Below, piece by piece: positions 13,401-26,508 of a stretch of 64,000 bases of DNA (within the stretch, counting starts at the first letter, position 1; the number at the start of each line of letters is the position of its first letter). A program made the translations under genes and the position numbers. Under the pieces are notes generated by a model. It did no database searches and was not told where the DNA came from. It worked only from the letters and a program-made list of their open reading frames with translations. The stretch spans positions 72,044,001 through 72,108,000 of the forward strand of contig OZ241830.1 in NCBI GenBank assembly GCA_965202585.1. Reading direction: 5' to 3'. This stretch comes from Thalia democratica (Eukaryota).

Positions 13401-16400
13401 ATAAGCTTATAAAATCAAAAGCTTCGTTTGTAAATCAGAATTTTACTTTGGTCGTTATCAAATTCAGTTTGGCCCTTACCAACTTTAATTTAACCTTTAA
13501 TACCTAGAAAGTATTTTTTAGTTTTCTTTGTTAAAGTAAACTAAACTTAATTTCGAATTATTTCAAGTGCTTTATATTTTGTTGTTTTAAATTTAATATC
13601 ATCACAAACGTTTTTATACTTATAAAAGAAAACTTTTCAAGGATTAATAAGTTAACAACTTGAAATTATTGTACTTTAAAAAAAAATAATTTTCTAATAC
13701 TTTCATAATTTTACAGTTATTATAGGTATAAAACAAAAAACTTGTTTAAATTTAAGTAGAAAACTGTGTCAATCAAAACTGAAGAGTGTTAAATTTTTTT
13801 AAACTTGATGAAAACTAGAGAGCATTTTGTTATCCATTTAAAGTAACAGCTACTTTAGAAACAGAAACTAAAAACTTTATATAACTAGAAGAAGGAAAAT
13901 TCACAAAAAATAATTCACTAAATAGTTCCCTAAAAATTAAAAGTTACATTTTAATATATAGGCTTCTTTTTTCAAAATGATACTCTAACTTGAAACTTTT
14001 AGACTAATAAAATATTTTGATTAAAAAGTAAATGTCAAAACTGTCAAAAGAAATGTTTTTATTGACCTGTTAAAACAAAGCTTGTTAGGAAAACAGCCAT
14101 AAAAGATAGGAACAAGCTTTAAACTCTAAAAGCTAAAAAATTATTTAAAGACTAAAAATTTAAACTAAAAGCAAGGAATCAAAATACTTGGAGAGCTTTA
14201 TATTTTTTAAAAGTTAATATTTTCAAACATTTAGTCAGTAATAGTAGTGCTTGATAATATCAAAACATTATACGAATATTGTACAAATAGTTGTGTATAT
14301 ATTTACTTATAAGTACTCACTGAAAAGTTTACGCAATAAAACTATAAGTTACGATAACTAACTGTGATTTGAAATTCTAATTTCCATAGTTTTTATCTTA
14401 CAATTCCAAAAACTTTATTTTAGTAAAGCTTTCCAGCTATTTTTTTAGTGGTAATACGATTTTAACGCAGAGAAGCTTTCTCAAACTTTCAAATCAACAG
14501 TTTATAAACTCACTCTAAATTCAAGTTTAAAGGTGTTATTTTACCGAAACTTGACTAAAGTTGAAGTGCATTCTACATAATTATCTTAATTATTACCTAA
14601 ATTTAAGTATAATGTTTTAAAATAACGTTTCGATTTAAAAATATTTAGACTTATAAAGTATTTAATTAAAGAGCAAATGTCAAAGCTGTCTAAAGAAATA
14701 TTTTATTGTTCCGTAAAAACAAAGCTTGTTACGTCAAACATTCAAAAATAGGAACAAAGCTTAAATTTCAAAAGGGTGTAAAAACAAAAAATTTAAACCA
14801 AAGTATGGAATAAAGTTGCTTGAAAAGTGTTTGTGTTCTGCAAATTTATTTTCACACATTTAAAAATAAGTTATTGTAATGTTCGACTATATAAAAACTT
14901 TTAATAAATATTGTACAACTAAATTTATATATACTTTCTCTTAAGTATTCATTGTAAGGTTGATGTGACAAAACTATAAACTACTATGACTAACTAAAAT
15001 AAAAAAATTTATATTCATAACTTCTATCTTACAATTATAAATATTTTATTCATCTAAAACGTTTTAGCTATTTTTTATCAGTGGAGAAACGATTTTTGGT
15101 GTAAAGTTTAAAGCAAGGTTTTCCAAAGTAGGCCACGACAGATACTCAGGGGCCATGAGCAGCAAAGGGGGCCATCTCGTCATAATTCGAAACTTACTAT
15201 AGATATTCTGGAGTTGCTGATGAAGAGCAAAAAATAAGAAATAAAAGTCTTAGGTTTTTTTATGGTAGTTTTTGAGAAATTTGGTACAAGGGGGCCATAG
15301 CTTTTCTAATTTCTTTAAAGTTTTAATTTCTTTAAAGCCATTTGAATAAAAGTTCGGGAAACCCCCGTTTATTTCTTAAAATTTAAAATTTGAAACTTTC
15401 AGTTGCAAACTAACTCGATGGTGCAGTGGGCCGCGGTCAACACCCACCTCGGGGAAATCACCGAGCAACCGCACAACCCGCCAGTGGTCGCCCTGTACAA
15501 GCATTGCCATGGAAACATGCCCGGTGACGCTTCACTGCCCCCGATGATCCTCGGGTTTCCCGCCAAATCGAAACTTTCATTTTTCGAACTCGTTTCTGTG
15601 GTGATCAAAATTTTAGACATTTTTAAAAACAAACATATTTTAATATTTACGTAAATTATGGATGTTAAATTAAATTGGAAGTGTTTTTGAAAATAAAAGT
15701 AAAAACAACTTTCCTTTGTAAAATAAGTTAAACACTTAAGATAACTTAAAGCTGTTTTGTTGTTGCACATAAAATATATAACGATAATCGAATTTAAGGC
15801 TTGAGTAAGTTATAATAGTTGTTGTACAATCGATAATGTTTTCGGGACACCTAAATAAATTGTAATCATACTTTAAACTTGAAGTATATATTTCTTTGCT
15901 TTTAAGTTTCTGACTATGTTTAAAACCTAATTCATATATGATAACATTTTTTAACTTAAAAACGTTGATCCATAGTACATTAGTTTTACTACAAAAATAA
16001 ACTAAAGACTTGAAATTTTTAATAACCACATAAACATTAGCGTTAGTTTAAATGAAAAGACAGGCACTTTAATTTAAACAGTTTATCATATAACTTTCTT
16101 TACTGCATCAACAAGTAAGCTTTTAAGTTTTTCATTATAAAATTAGTAAATATGACAATATATTACCATAATCTTTGTATAACTTAAGACACAAATGTTA
16201 TTAATAAGGTACTACTTTATTTAAAGTTAGAATTTCTTTTTTTTTTTTTGATTATATAAGTATGATCATAAATATGACAAGTTGACTGGTGTTATTACTA
16301 CTGTCTACATGTCACAAGTTAAAAAAGAAATAAGATATCATTAGTAGTTATAATTAGTACTTTGTTAAGACAGAAACAAACTAAAAAGTATAAAATACAG

Positions 16401-16713
16401 TAAAAGTTTATAAAGTAAATTTTTAAGTTTAAAAAATGCAAGACTTTATATAAAAAAAAACAATTCTTGAGTAAGATATTATACAAGTAAAAACTAAGAA
16501 AAATAAAACTATACATAAAAGTTTTCGCAAAATAGTAAATAGCAAGTAAAAAGCATACTCATTACCTTAACTAATTTTGTAACATCAGATGAACAAACAA
16601 AAAACAAACTAACCGTTTCCGATCCGCTGTACTTCCGAAATCAAAGCTGAGTCTACTGTCAACAAAACAAAAACAAAAAACACGCAAAAATTACAAAAAA
16701 CATGCAAGCTCAT
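10456..16713 (-). CDS. Secreted trypsin-like serine protease (S1A), 6 exons, 286 aa
   Basis: Exons: 16713-16614 (signal peptide [23 protein letters not shown]...), 15595-15415 (NPR|IIGG...WVLTAAHC), 13068-12971, 12298-12140 (NDIALL...CVISGWG), 11930-11813, 10660-10456 ([13 protein letters not shown]...PGVYTRVS...WI*). All junctions are GT-AG with matching phases, total 861 nt. The His/Asp/Ser triad is intact, and Asp189 implies trypsin specificity. Confidence 0.95.
14025..15100. repeat. Older diverged tandem duplication, period about 645 bp, in protease intron 2
   Basis: Colinear anchors (aaatgtcaaa, aaaacaaagcttgtta, ataggaacaa, aaaactataa, tatcttacaatt) occur twice. Confidence 0.7.
15113..15367 (+). 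mobile_element. hAT-type MITE (CAGGGTTTCCC family), degenerate
   Basis: Ends caaggttttcc / gggaaacccccg. The internal ggggccatagc motif is shared with the copy at 33203-33387. Confidence 0.5.
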
Positions 16714-16749
16714 AATAAACTGATAGCACAATGTTATCTTCGCGGGTGC

Positions 16750-17380
16750 CGTGTAAGAAAGAGCAGCTAGTTCTATTGTGTTAAGCGATACACGGCTTGT
16801 TTGTACAAACCGTTGAAAATCACTGCGCGCGTCACGTGAGTACGCACCTTGGAGTGTGGTGTCACGCTTGGTTGCGTCTTGCGATATCGAAATAGAAACA
16901 CCGCATTGGAAGTTGTTGTTCGCGAGCGATTTGCGTTTTGCTATGTATTGAGCCGGTTTCAGCTTTCGCTTTTTTATTTGACGGCTGGAACGCTTTTCAG
17001 ATATGGAATGACTTTGCGATAAAAGGTTGGCGCCGACTTAAAATCGAAAACCAAACTTACTGTCACCCCTTTAAGTTATCTAAATTTGCATTTAGTTGTT
17101 AATAACTGTATCCTGCTTCGGTCGAAATCATCAGTTTGTACCGGCGGTTGCAACACTATTCGAAAGTAAATATTATTATTGTTTTCTGACGGTCGAATTT
17201 ACATACGCTTGAAAAATAAATTCCTTCCAAATTATTCACGCACACGAGTGTGTTTAAAACTGTGAACGTTTTTAGACCTTTTCTGAACAGTGCAGCAGAC
17301 GTCTTTCAAATGTCAACGAAAGTTTCAAGTGCCTATCCAAACGAGCCCAATGAAAGTAATTTGCACTTTTGAAAGCATTA
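16750..17380. promoter_or_regulatory. CpG-enriched putative promoter/enhancer upstream of the protease
   Basis: Sharp rise in GC and CpG content immediately 5' of the ATG at 16713, with E-box GTCACGTGA at 16831-16839. Confidence 0.45.
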
Positions 17381-19057
17381 CGCACGTAAACAAATAAAAC
17401 CTTTAAAAATTAAGGTATTAATCATCTCTAAAGCAAAGATTTTTCAACTTCATTTTTTTATTTAATTCAGTTCAAAATTTATTAAAAGTGTTTCTCCTTG
17501 CTTTAATAAGTACAACGTCCTTTTTATTCTAACATCGTACTAAGAAATGAGAATTTACTTAGTACGATAATTAATTTTTCCTTTTTAAAACTAAAAAGCC
17601 GTTAAATTAACAAAATAAACAAAACCTTGCTTTGATAAAAATTCTAAGTTGTTCTAAGTATGCACAAATTTTCAAATAAGAAATGTTTAAATTAGATAAA
17701 AGTATAATTTTTTGAAACCAAACTGAAGAACCAGGTACCAAACCATTACAATTTCAACTTTTGTGAAACTGACGAAAACTTCAAACTGACAGAAAAATAT
17801 TTAAAATAAAAAAAATAACAGATTTTATCTTTTTTGGTACTGAATAACATTTTTAACCACATTTTGAAAGTACAAGGTTGATTATGTTACACCAATTTAT
17901 CCCTATAAATGTTTTAACCTCTGTAGATCTTATTAAACAGCGGGCAACCTACGGCTCACTAAGCAAAAGTCCCTTTTTCAAAATGTTACTTATACTTTGA
18001 CAGTATCTTGTGCAAAAAGCTGATTTTTTTTTGCACTAACTCTTTTCAAATATTTTCTTAACTTGATTGTCAGTAAACAGAAAAATTTTAATAAATTATT
18101 CTTGATGAAAACTTTTCTTTTTTGATTTTTTAAGTACCATATTTAAAAGCCCGCCAACTAAAAAATTTACTGCCTACCAGGGGCGTAGCGTGGGGAGGTG
18201 CACTGGCGCATGAGTGCCACCTAAGAAAAAAAAATAAAATGTATTATCTTAATCCTTTAAGTATTTAATTTCCCTGCTTAATTTGTTTAATTTACAATTA
18301 TGTTTATGTAGTATTCGGAAAGTTTAACGATTTTTCGAATACCAAAAATACTGATTAGGTGCGTAAACATCGTTGTGTACCGGCTTTGATGAAAACTTCC
18401 ATAAGAAAGTTTTTTATAAATTCATAAACTTCATAAGAACTTAGACTCAAAAAGTGCACAGCTATCGTAGTGCACCGCAGTATTATAACAGTTATGATTG
18501 GTTTTTTTACAAGAAAAAGTGCTAATATTTTGTAAACAAGCCTTCAAGCTAAAACTGTTCTATGGTGATTATGATTAAAGAAGAAACAAATTAAAAACAA
18601 AGAAACATATAGAAATAAATAACTACTAATAAAGTAAAATTTACCTAATGTTAAAAATAGATAGTAGTAATAAATTAATTAAATATTATATAAAATAGTT
18701 AATAAAAAGCAAAAAACACCTTTAAACAAAAATAATAATATTAATAATAATAAATAAAACAAATAAACAGTTCATACTGTGATTACAGTGTTAACCTCTA
18801 TAAAAAAAATATATTTTAATTTCAGTAAACTTAAAATTTTAAATAAAAGTAGTTTCTAACTTACTTAAATATAGAACAAATCAAAGACTGTTATTTTATC
18901 AACCATTATAGTTAAAAAGTATATCAGTTTTTATAGCAAATTATTCTACTAATTTTTTTAATTATTTTATTTATTTAGTTATTTGTCTTAACTAAAAAAG
19001 ATTGCTTAATTTACTAAATTGTAAAGAGCTTATTTAAATAAAGAGGTCGAATTAGAA

Positions 19058-19115
19058 ATTTTATTCACGACCGGGTTTCAGTAACTATTAGTGACCTCTT
19101 CAAGTTAAATAAAAT
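19058..19115 (-). ncRNA. Degenerate minimal type I hammerhead ribozyme motif (Penelope/retrozyme-type relic)
   Basis: Minus strand: attttatttaac-TTGAAGA-ggtcac taata gttact-GAAA-c ccg g-TC-gtgaataaaat. Stem I attttatt/aataaaat (8 bp) and stem II with one mismatch. The core C3 is mutated. Confidence 0.55.
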
Positions 19116-20485
19116 ACTAACGTTAGTTAAGACAAATAACTATGTAGTTATGTATTGTTGCTTAAGGACTAAAATTTTAGTGAGTTAGAACTAAAAGTTA
19201 ATAAATATTTTTTAATATTTAAATTAGTATTTATTTAATAAAATCCACTATTACAGAAGAAGAGCCTCTGAATTCTGTTTTAAAAATATACATTTAAATA
19301 AAAGAAAATTAAAGTTGAGTAATAGTTAAATAGTAAACAACTTGAAGAAAACAACAGTTTAGTTTTTTATCTACAAAAAATAGTTTATTTTAAATTAGTT
19401 ATTTTTAATTAATTTTTGAAGTATTGAAAATAACAATTAAGTTTCATTTAAAGACTATTAACCGTTATTTATACGTAATTTACACCTAGTATAATTAATG
19501 TTGCTGTTGTGATGGTAATTTACATAAAATCATTTAAATATAAAATGTACTAAATATGTTTAAATTTATCAATTTATTGAGAAAATTTTATTTGATAACC
19601 AAGTTCAAACACTATTGTTCTTACTATACTTTATTATGATGAGCAAGGAAAGCTGTTACCATTTTAATATATCTATCTTTACAAAGAAATATGGAGGTTA
19701 AATTACTGAGCTAGCACTTTTAATTTTAACGAAGAAAGACAAATACCAAATGGAGCTGATATTCTAAAAGAATTGAAAATTCTGAGTGCTAAAACTAGAA
19801 GTTATCAATTTATTTTCAAAACTAAACTAGCTGTATATAGATATAATTTTATAACAAAATTTATAACTGCATAAACTTGTATAACTTTATTGTACAGTAA
19901 ACTAATTTTGAATTGCGATGAAAAAATCAACTTTAGTAATAGTTCAGCTTCAGCATAAGGTACACATTATAAACAAATGTTACAAGAAAGATACTAACAC
20001 AAAAATGTCATTCTAAAACTTATATTTCATAACGATTAAATTTATAATAACAAATTAATACCTACAAACATGTGTTGCCGAAGTATTTACCATGCTAAAA
20101 ATATCTAAAAGAAAACTTGCAATACTAAACTACGTTAAGTATACCTATATTGCATTAAACTGGCTTAAACTTTATGAAAATACAAAGCATTAATACAAAA
20201 TAAAAAATAGCAGAAAATACAAATAATTAACTCTTAATTCAGGAAGTATGTTAAAAGAAACCTTAAGACACAAGCTGACAACCAATCGAGGTGCAAAGCT
20301 ACTTTACTAAAGCAGCTTCAAGAAAAAATGTTTCAGAACATAAATAGCCACCACCAGTCCACTCCCCTCAGCCAAAACGCATCTTTACCTTCACAAAAAA
20401 AAATATTCAAGCTGCTGTTTGTTCCTATGCTTTACGGAACACACAACTCTGTTGCTAAAATTAAAACACCTGCAGTATTCAGCAC

Positions 20486-20671
20486 CTAGCCTGAAAACGG
20501 GTACAGGTTGTGGGCGACAAAGAAACGCTGGTGGAAGTCTCTGAAGGTTCCGAACGCGACTTCTCTCGCTACCAGTTCTCTTTCGGGCAGCGTGATTGCG
20601 GCGTTGCTTGGAAACAAGAATCTGATTTGCACCGTGCTTTCGTTCGGGTCACCCATTTTGCTCTGATTCTG
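20486..20671 (-). CDS. Candidate alternative terminal exon of the septin (QNQSKMGDPNESTVQIRFLFP...HNLYPFSG*)
   Basis: GC-rich exon-like island. The acceptor ...cttgcaacag| is phase 0 and matches the phase-0 donor at 27792. TAG is at 20488-20486, followed by UTR-like sequence. There is no recognisable homology. Read-through at 27792 (VIQQNKN*) is an alternative ending. Confidence 0.35.
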   Translation of the reverse strand, partial: QNQSKMGDPNESTVQIRFLFPSNAAITLPERELVAREVAFGTFRDFHQRFFVAHNLYPFSG

Positions 20672-22554
20672 CTGTTGCAAGCGAGTTTACTTGGCTGATA
20701 CTCGAAAGTAATTCAAGTTATTATGTTGAAGCTTACTGATTGCTTCTAACCATTATAGTTGATGTTTACTAATTTGGCTTTTTAAATTAAAAACATTACA
20801 TAATAGTAAAGTTACTAAAGATAATACGTAAGAAGAAATAATGTAAAAACAAAGTGAACTTTGGTTTTAAAACATTTTAGGATATCCTTTTCCACTTAAT
20901 ATTTAAAAAGTTGTTAGATATTTACGATAAAGTATTAGGACTCTGTTGGTTAACTAATATGTTAAGTTAACTAAATGATTAACAATTCAATAGTAAAGTT
21001 TTACAAAAAAAGTATTAAGTTATTTAACTTAAATAACTGACATACATTTTACATTCTTTTAAATATACAAGTGTTAAGGCTTCACGACTATTTAAACTCG
21101 GACAATTCAAATTCTTAAATCGTATCTTAAAAAATTATACATATTTGAGAAAAAAAATACGTGTTTAAGTTTTATTAAAATCTAAAAATATTTTTTTCTT
21201 TTTTGAATTTTTTTTTTTGATATGTGACTAAAATAAGTTCAAAAATATAGTAGTTTTTAAATATCTCAAAAAGTATTTTAACTTTTGCAGAAAAGAAAAA
21301 AATTGCTTGTAGACATTAATAAGTCCTTCATATGTATTTTTTTATTTTTTTCAAATACATATTACTTTTTGAGATATGATCTCTTAGAATTATTTTTTAT
21401 GAATTTAAATTGTCAGAGTTTGAATTGTCTGAATTTGAATTGTCATGTAACCAACTACTAAAGTTTTTAGATGCGTTCTTAAATTAAAAGTTGTATGTAA
21501 AACTAAAAGCAAATTAATATTACAAAATAAAAAACATCTTTACATTTATATTAAAAACAACAACACAATTTAAAAATATATTTAATCCATTTTATTTAAT
21601 TTTATACAAAAAAATACTGAGCTTTTCAAAATAGCAGCCTAGGTTTTTCAAATAAATCTCTAATACGTTATGAATATCATTAGCCAGTGTTAGTTTTTCA
21701 TTTAAACAAGCCTCATACTAAGCATTGTTAAAAGCTACTTAAACATTAATATATATAATACACATTACTTTATAAGTGGCTTTGTGCAACTTTCAATGTA
21801 GTCGTACTAAACTTTTTTTCGAAAAATAACATTTAAAAGAACATAACTTACTCAGATCGATTACTTATTTGAAAGTTCAATATTATTAGTAACTGAGCAT
21901 AAGTAGTCATAGTTTAACCAAAAAATTAATGAAAGCTATAATGAATGTTTTTTTGAAATAAAATACAGTTTTAGGTTGTATTTAATCAAGCACACTTTTC
22001 AGTCGGGTTGTTTTTATTATAAATATTTTTTTTCTTCTTAATTCAAATATCCTATTCTTTACTTGAAGTTGGTCAAGTAATTTTAACCATTACTAACATA
22101 TAAACAACGACATTTCATTTCTTTCAGTAAACTTCAACTTTTAATTTTTTATTTTTTTAAAATATCTACAGTTTAGCAATTGGTATTGGTGCTTGATTAA
22201 AATTTTTAAGTTTCACTATGATTAGTCAGCGACCATTATCTTTATAGTATTAAACTATCTTGTAAATACTAAACAACTTCCATTTTAATTAGGTATCTAC
22301 ACCTTTGAAAAACATTATATGTCACTAAAAGAATGTCGTCGTAATTTGTTTAAATCACTAGTCAATTAATAGAGAGCAGGTATTTGTAATTTAAAAAAAA
22401 TCTAGTTACAAACAATAACTAAAAAATTTGTGTTAATACACTTAAACGTAAATGTTTTTTTAAAAATCCCATCATAGTTTGATGCACATTAAAGTTTATT
22501 TTGAAAAAGTGAACGTTCAACTATTTCGCAAAAGTTTTAAACGTTATATTAGAG

Positions 22555-22872
22555 CAGGGGTGGGCAAGTATCTGGTTATGTTGGGCCAATAATGAAAAAT
22601 ATTTCAGTCCAAAGTTGAACTACTCTTCGTAACAGATCCAAGTTGCTTGGTGTTAGCTTCAAACTTCCAGTGACATGTAGTCTAAACCTTTTTCGCTTTT
22701 GATTTTGAATCAAAGAATATATATTGTAAGTTAAAAAAATTTCTTTTACACGCCGCATGCTTAACTTTTCATGGACCGCCGAGTCGGCGGCGCCGACCGT
22801 TTAAATAAAAACATGCTTGCGGGCTGCACTATTACCTTTCGTGGACCAGCGGACTGCAGTTTGCCAACCTCT
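22555..22872 (+). mobile_element. hAT-type MITE
   Basis: Termini CAGGGGTGGGCAAGTA / rc AGAGGTTGGCAAACT, with GGGCC/GCGGG subterminal motifs. TSD not recognisable. Confidence 0.6.
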
Positions 22873-24082
22873 TATCTATTGTGAAAAAAAATAAAGTTTT
22901 ATCGTTAAAAATTGCAAGAAACAAAACTGTTTGTCAAAGAGTTTCACTTATTAAAAATTAACAGGTAAAATAAAAAGTTTTTAGTGTATGCATCTACACT
23001 AGTCACTGCGAACAGTAATGCAGTGAATACATAAATTAGACTTTTGTAATTAAAATATTTATATATATGTAAAAATAATAGTTAAAATTCGTTAATAACG
23101 TAATTTTCTTGTAACAAATAACTTTTACAACTTAAAACTGTACAAACGTACTGCGCAGTTTTTATTAAATATAGACAGGGATAGTAAATTCTAAACACTG
23201 TACTCTTTAAGAGGCTAACAATTCTTTTCTTTTCTAATAATTCAGTTGGTTTACAATGAATTAAACATAACATATTCAGATAAAAAATTCAGAGAGCTCT
23301 TAATAACCTTATGAAAAATATTTCGACTAAGTATATGTTGTTATGAAATTTTGACCAAGTTCTGGACAAGACGTTAAAAGGTATCCAAGTGGTGTGCGAC
23401 TCGATAACTGAACGTTTTTTTAGTAAACCAAGTCCTATGACCAAACATTATGAGCACTTTTTTTGTCGTTCAATAAACAATATGTATTACGAAGTCTAAA
23501 GATCTTTTAATTTTATCACTTATCAAATCAGACGATGGAAAGCTGTTAATTTCTTATCTATAATTTTAGGAAGAAAAATATACAGTTTATATCTTATTTC
23601 TAACAAGTACAACCTATAGAGCTAACAGAAGTAATAAAAAATATTTTACACAGTATTTGCTACCAACAAATTAAAGTTGAGACCTTAAAGACCAAGACTT
23701 AATTTAGAGTTTTTATTTAAGTGTGGAAATGATTAAACATGTTCTAGAACAGCGATTCTTAAACTGGGCTAATTTTTACCCTTGGTGGTAAATTCCTTTG
23801 TTTTAGGCCTTAGGGGGTAAGTTTTCTTTGTTACAACTAGAGTAAACTAATGTTTATTAATTGTTATTTGAATTTATAAGTTAGTATTTGACTGTAATTT
23901 TTTTTTTTGTATAATATTTTTAAAATGTACGATTTTTTGAATTTATTACGCTTAAAGTTGGAAAAATCTAGTTTTCTTCTCTCAAAGTTAACACTATTTT
24001 GTATGTTAGAGGTAACTTTGGTAATTATCTTCCAAAACGGGGTAAGATATGAAAAATAAAATTAAGAATCGCTGTTCTAGAA

Positions 24083-26508
24083 TAATGGTGGGCAACGTAC
24101 GGCCCGCAGAGTGAAAATAACCGGCTCCCAAACCTATTTTTATTTTAAATGGAATCAGACCCGCGAGTGGATGACCCTGCTCGCTAGGCATTTTTAAGTT
24201 TTATATTAAATCCGGCCAGCCTATTACAAAGTTTATACAAAACCTTTTCTGAATTATTTTCAAAAAACAAAACTGTAACACTTAATCCCTGAATATTTTT
24301 AGAAATGGATTTTATTTTGTGATAAAAACACTCTTTTTTTTATAGTATCTTGTTCTGTTTCAAGTTAGTTGAAATAATCTTTTCTCAAACTATTCAAAAA
24401 CAATTGTTTGCTAAACTAACTTTGATGATCCTACCTACCATAATGACTTTCATAAAAACTTGACGTGTCAAAAGTTGCTGTCTTTTCCAGATTTTTCGTG
24501 AGTTGTTTTTATAAATGTTAAGAAAAGTAAAATAAAATCTTTTTCATCATTGACAACTATTTTAAGTAAAAATGCTCAACTTTACATTTTAGTAAAATAT
24601 TCCAAGTTGAGACTACAATTTGCACTTTTTTCTGCTATTGATTTTTTATTAAGGATATTTTTGAATAGTTGTATGAATAATTTTAGTGATGACCAATTAT
24701 TGACAATGTTTTAAAGTAGTATTTAACTAACTTAAAGTATGATTTGTTTAGGATTTTTTAGTGTTTGTTTGTTATAACAGTTAACTGTCTAATAAAATTT
24801 TGAATAAGACTTATTAAATTTTAAAAGCAAAGTACAACAAAGTTTTTTTTTTATTAACTTTGCTTTTGAAATAATGTTCGATACTTAGAGAAAAGTTTGT
24901 TTTGCAGACTTTCAACAACTAAGTGAAGAATTTGACATTATTTCATCACCGTTGACATTTGACACCGAAAATGCACCTAGTTATATACAATTAGAACTGA
25001 TTAAACTTCGATGTGACAGTACACTAAAAGAAAATTTCAAAGCCGAAAGAATTGACAGAATTTACACCTTACTTAACAAGTTAAGTTTGTTAATTTAAAA
25101 AAGATGGCAATGAAGTTACTTCTTCTGTTTGGCTCTACATACATTTGTGAACAAACATTCTCATCAAAGAAATTTGACCAGAATAAGCTACGTTTAAATC
25201 TTGCTGATACCACAAAGAATATCTACTTCAAATATACTTCCAGATTACACAACTTGTTGAAAACTTTGATGATCAACAAATGTTTAATTGACTACTTTTT
25301 AATTTAACTTGTTAAACTTTACATTTAAAATATAACTAGACAGCTGTATGTGTTAGTGTTTCATTAAGTGTTATCTTTATTAGTAAAGTGGATCTTAATC
25401 TAAAAGTCTATTAAATTAACCTGTTTATTATGTTAAAAATATTTATAAATCTGTTTTTATTTTAATATTTCGTTATTTATCTCAGCACTTTTGTAAAAGT
25501 ATTTTAGATGCATTGTTCGATAACATTTTTTAAAAAGTACATAATTTAGTTAAATTTCATAAGTTGTTCATGACGGTTTGATATTTTGAAAGTGAAAGTA
25601 TTAAAATATTATGCTAAAGTGATTTGTTATCTAAGTTTAACTGTTTTTTAAATAAGTTGATATAAAAATTTAAATCATACATATAATTTTCGTTGCTTTT
25701 AGCAGATTTTAAAATAGATTTTACGTATTATTTAACGAACTTAAGTTTATCAACTTCAAAAGGTGACCACGAAACTAGTTGTTTTGTTCGAGACTTCATA
25801 CATTTGCAAACAAACTTTTCTGACCATAAACATCAACAGATAATTTCAAATCAATCAGTATTCCAGTGCACTTGCAGATTTTCCCAAACAGTCATGCAAC
25901 TAGATTTAATATATGATCAACTTTAAAAGTTTCATTGACATATTTCAATTTTTTTAGTTTTTTATAGTAAAACTGTTTAGTAAATCAGAACAAATTGTTG
26001 TTTTGTTTGTTTTATACGTGCAAAAATTTGTAATGTATCTTTATTATTTAATTTAAAATGTAGTAGTTTAATATTGTAATGTTGTTAACTTCTGAAAAAT
26101 ATTATTAATTTAAACTGCAACCAAGGATTGCCAAAATTAGATAACTTGGAATAACTTAAAAATTTTTGATGCTTTAGCTTGAAATGTTAGGATAGAGTAA
26201 CTTTTAGTAAGTTATTGTTTTTATAAGATTAACCAGTATTAATTCTGCCAAGAGTTATAATAAATATAGAGTTATAAGTACTTAATAAAAATTAACTTTA
26301 AATTTTATGCTTGAGAACCTTGGTAATTAATAAATTTATTCAACATTCTGAAATACCGCTGAAAATACTTAGTTTCCATTTGGATCCGGATCTTTGTTTA
26401 AAATTAGTATTTAGCCGGATCTGAATAACATTTTTTAAATTAGGATCCGGCCCGCTGAGGAGATTTTTTTGAATCCGGCCCGTCAATTATTTACGTTGCC
26501 CACCCTTA
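24083..26508 (+). mobile_element. Decayed hAT (Buster/SPIN-type) DNA transposon, 2.4 kb
   Basis: TIRs TAATGGTGGGCAACGTA / rc TAAGGGTGGGCAACGTA. 8-bp TSD ttcTAgaa / ttcTAgga (7/8, central TA). Subterminal GGCCCG/GGATCCGG repeats. Transposase C-terminal relic at about 24900-25250 (QLELIKLRCDSTLKENF...KLLLLFGSTYICEQTFS) with stops and frameshifts. Confidence 0.88.
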
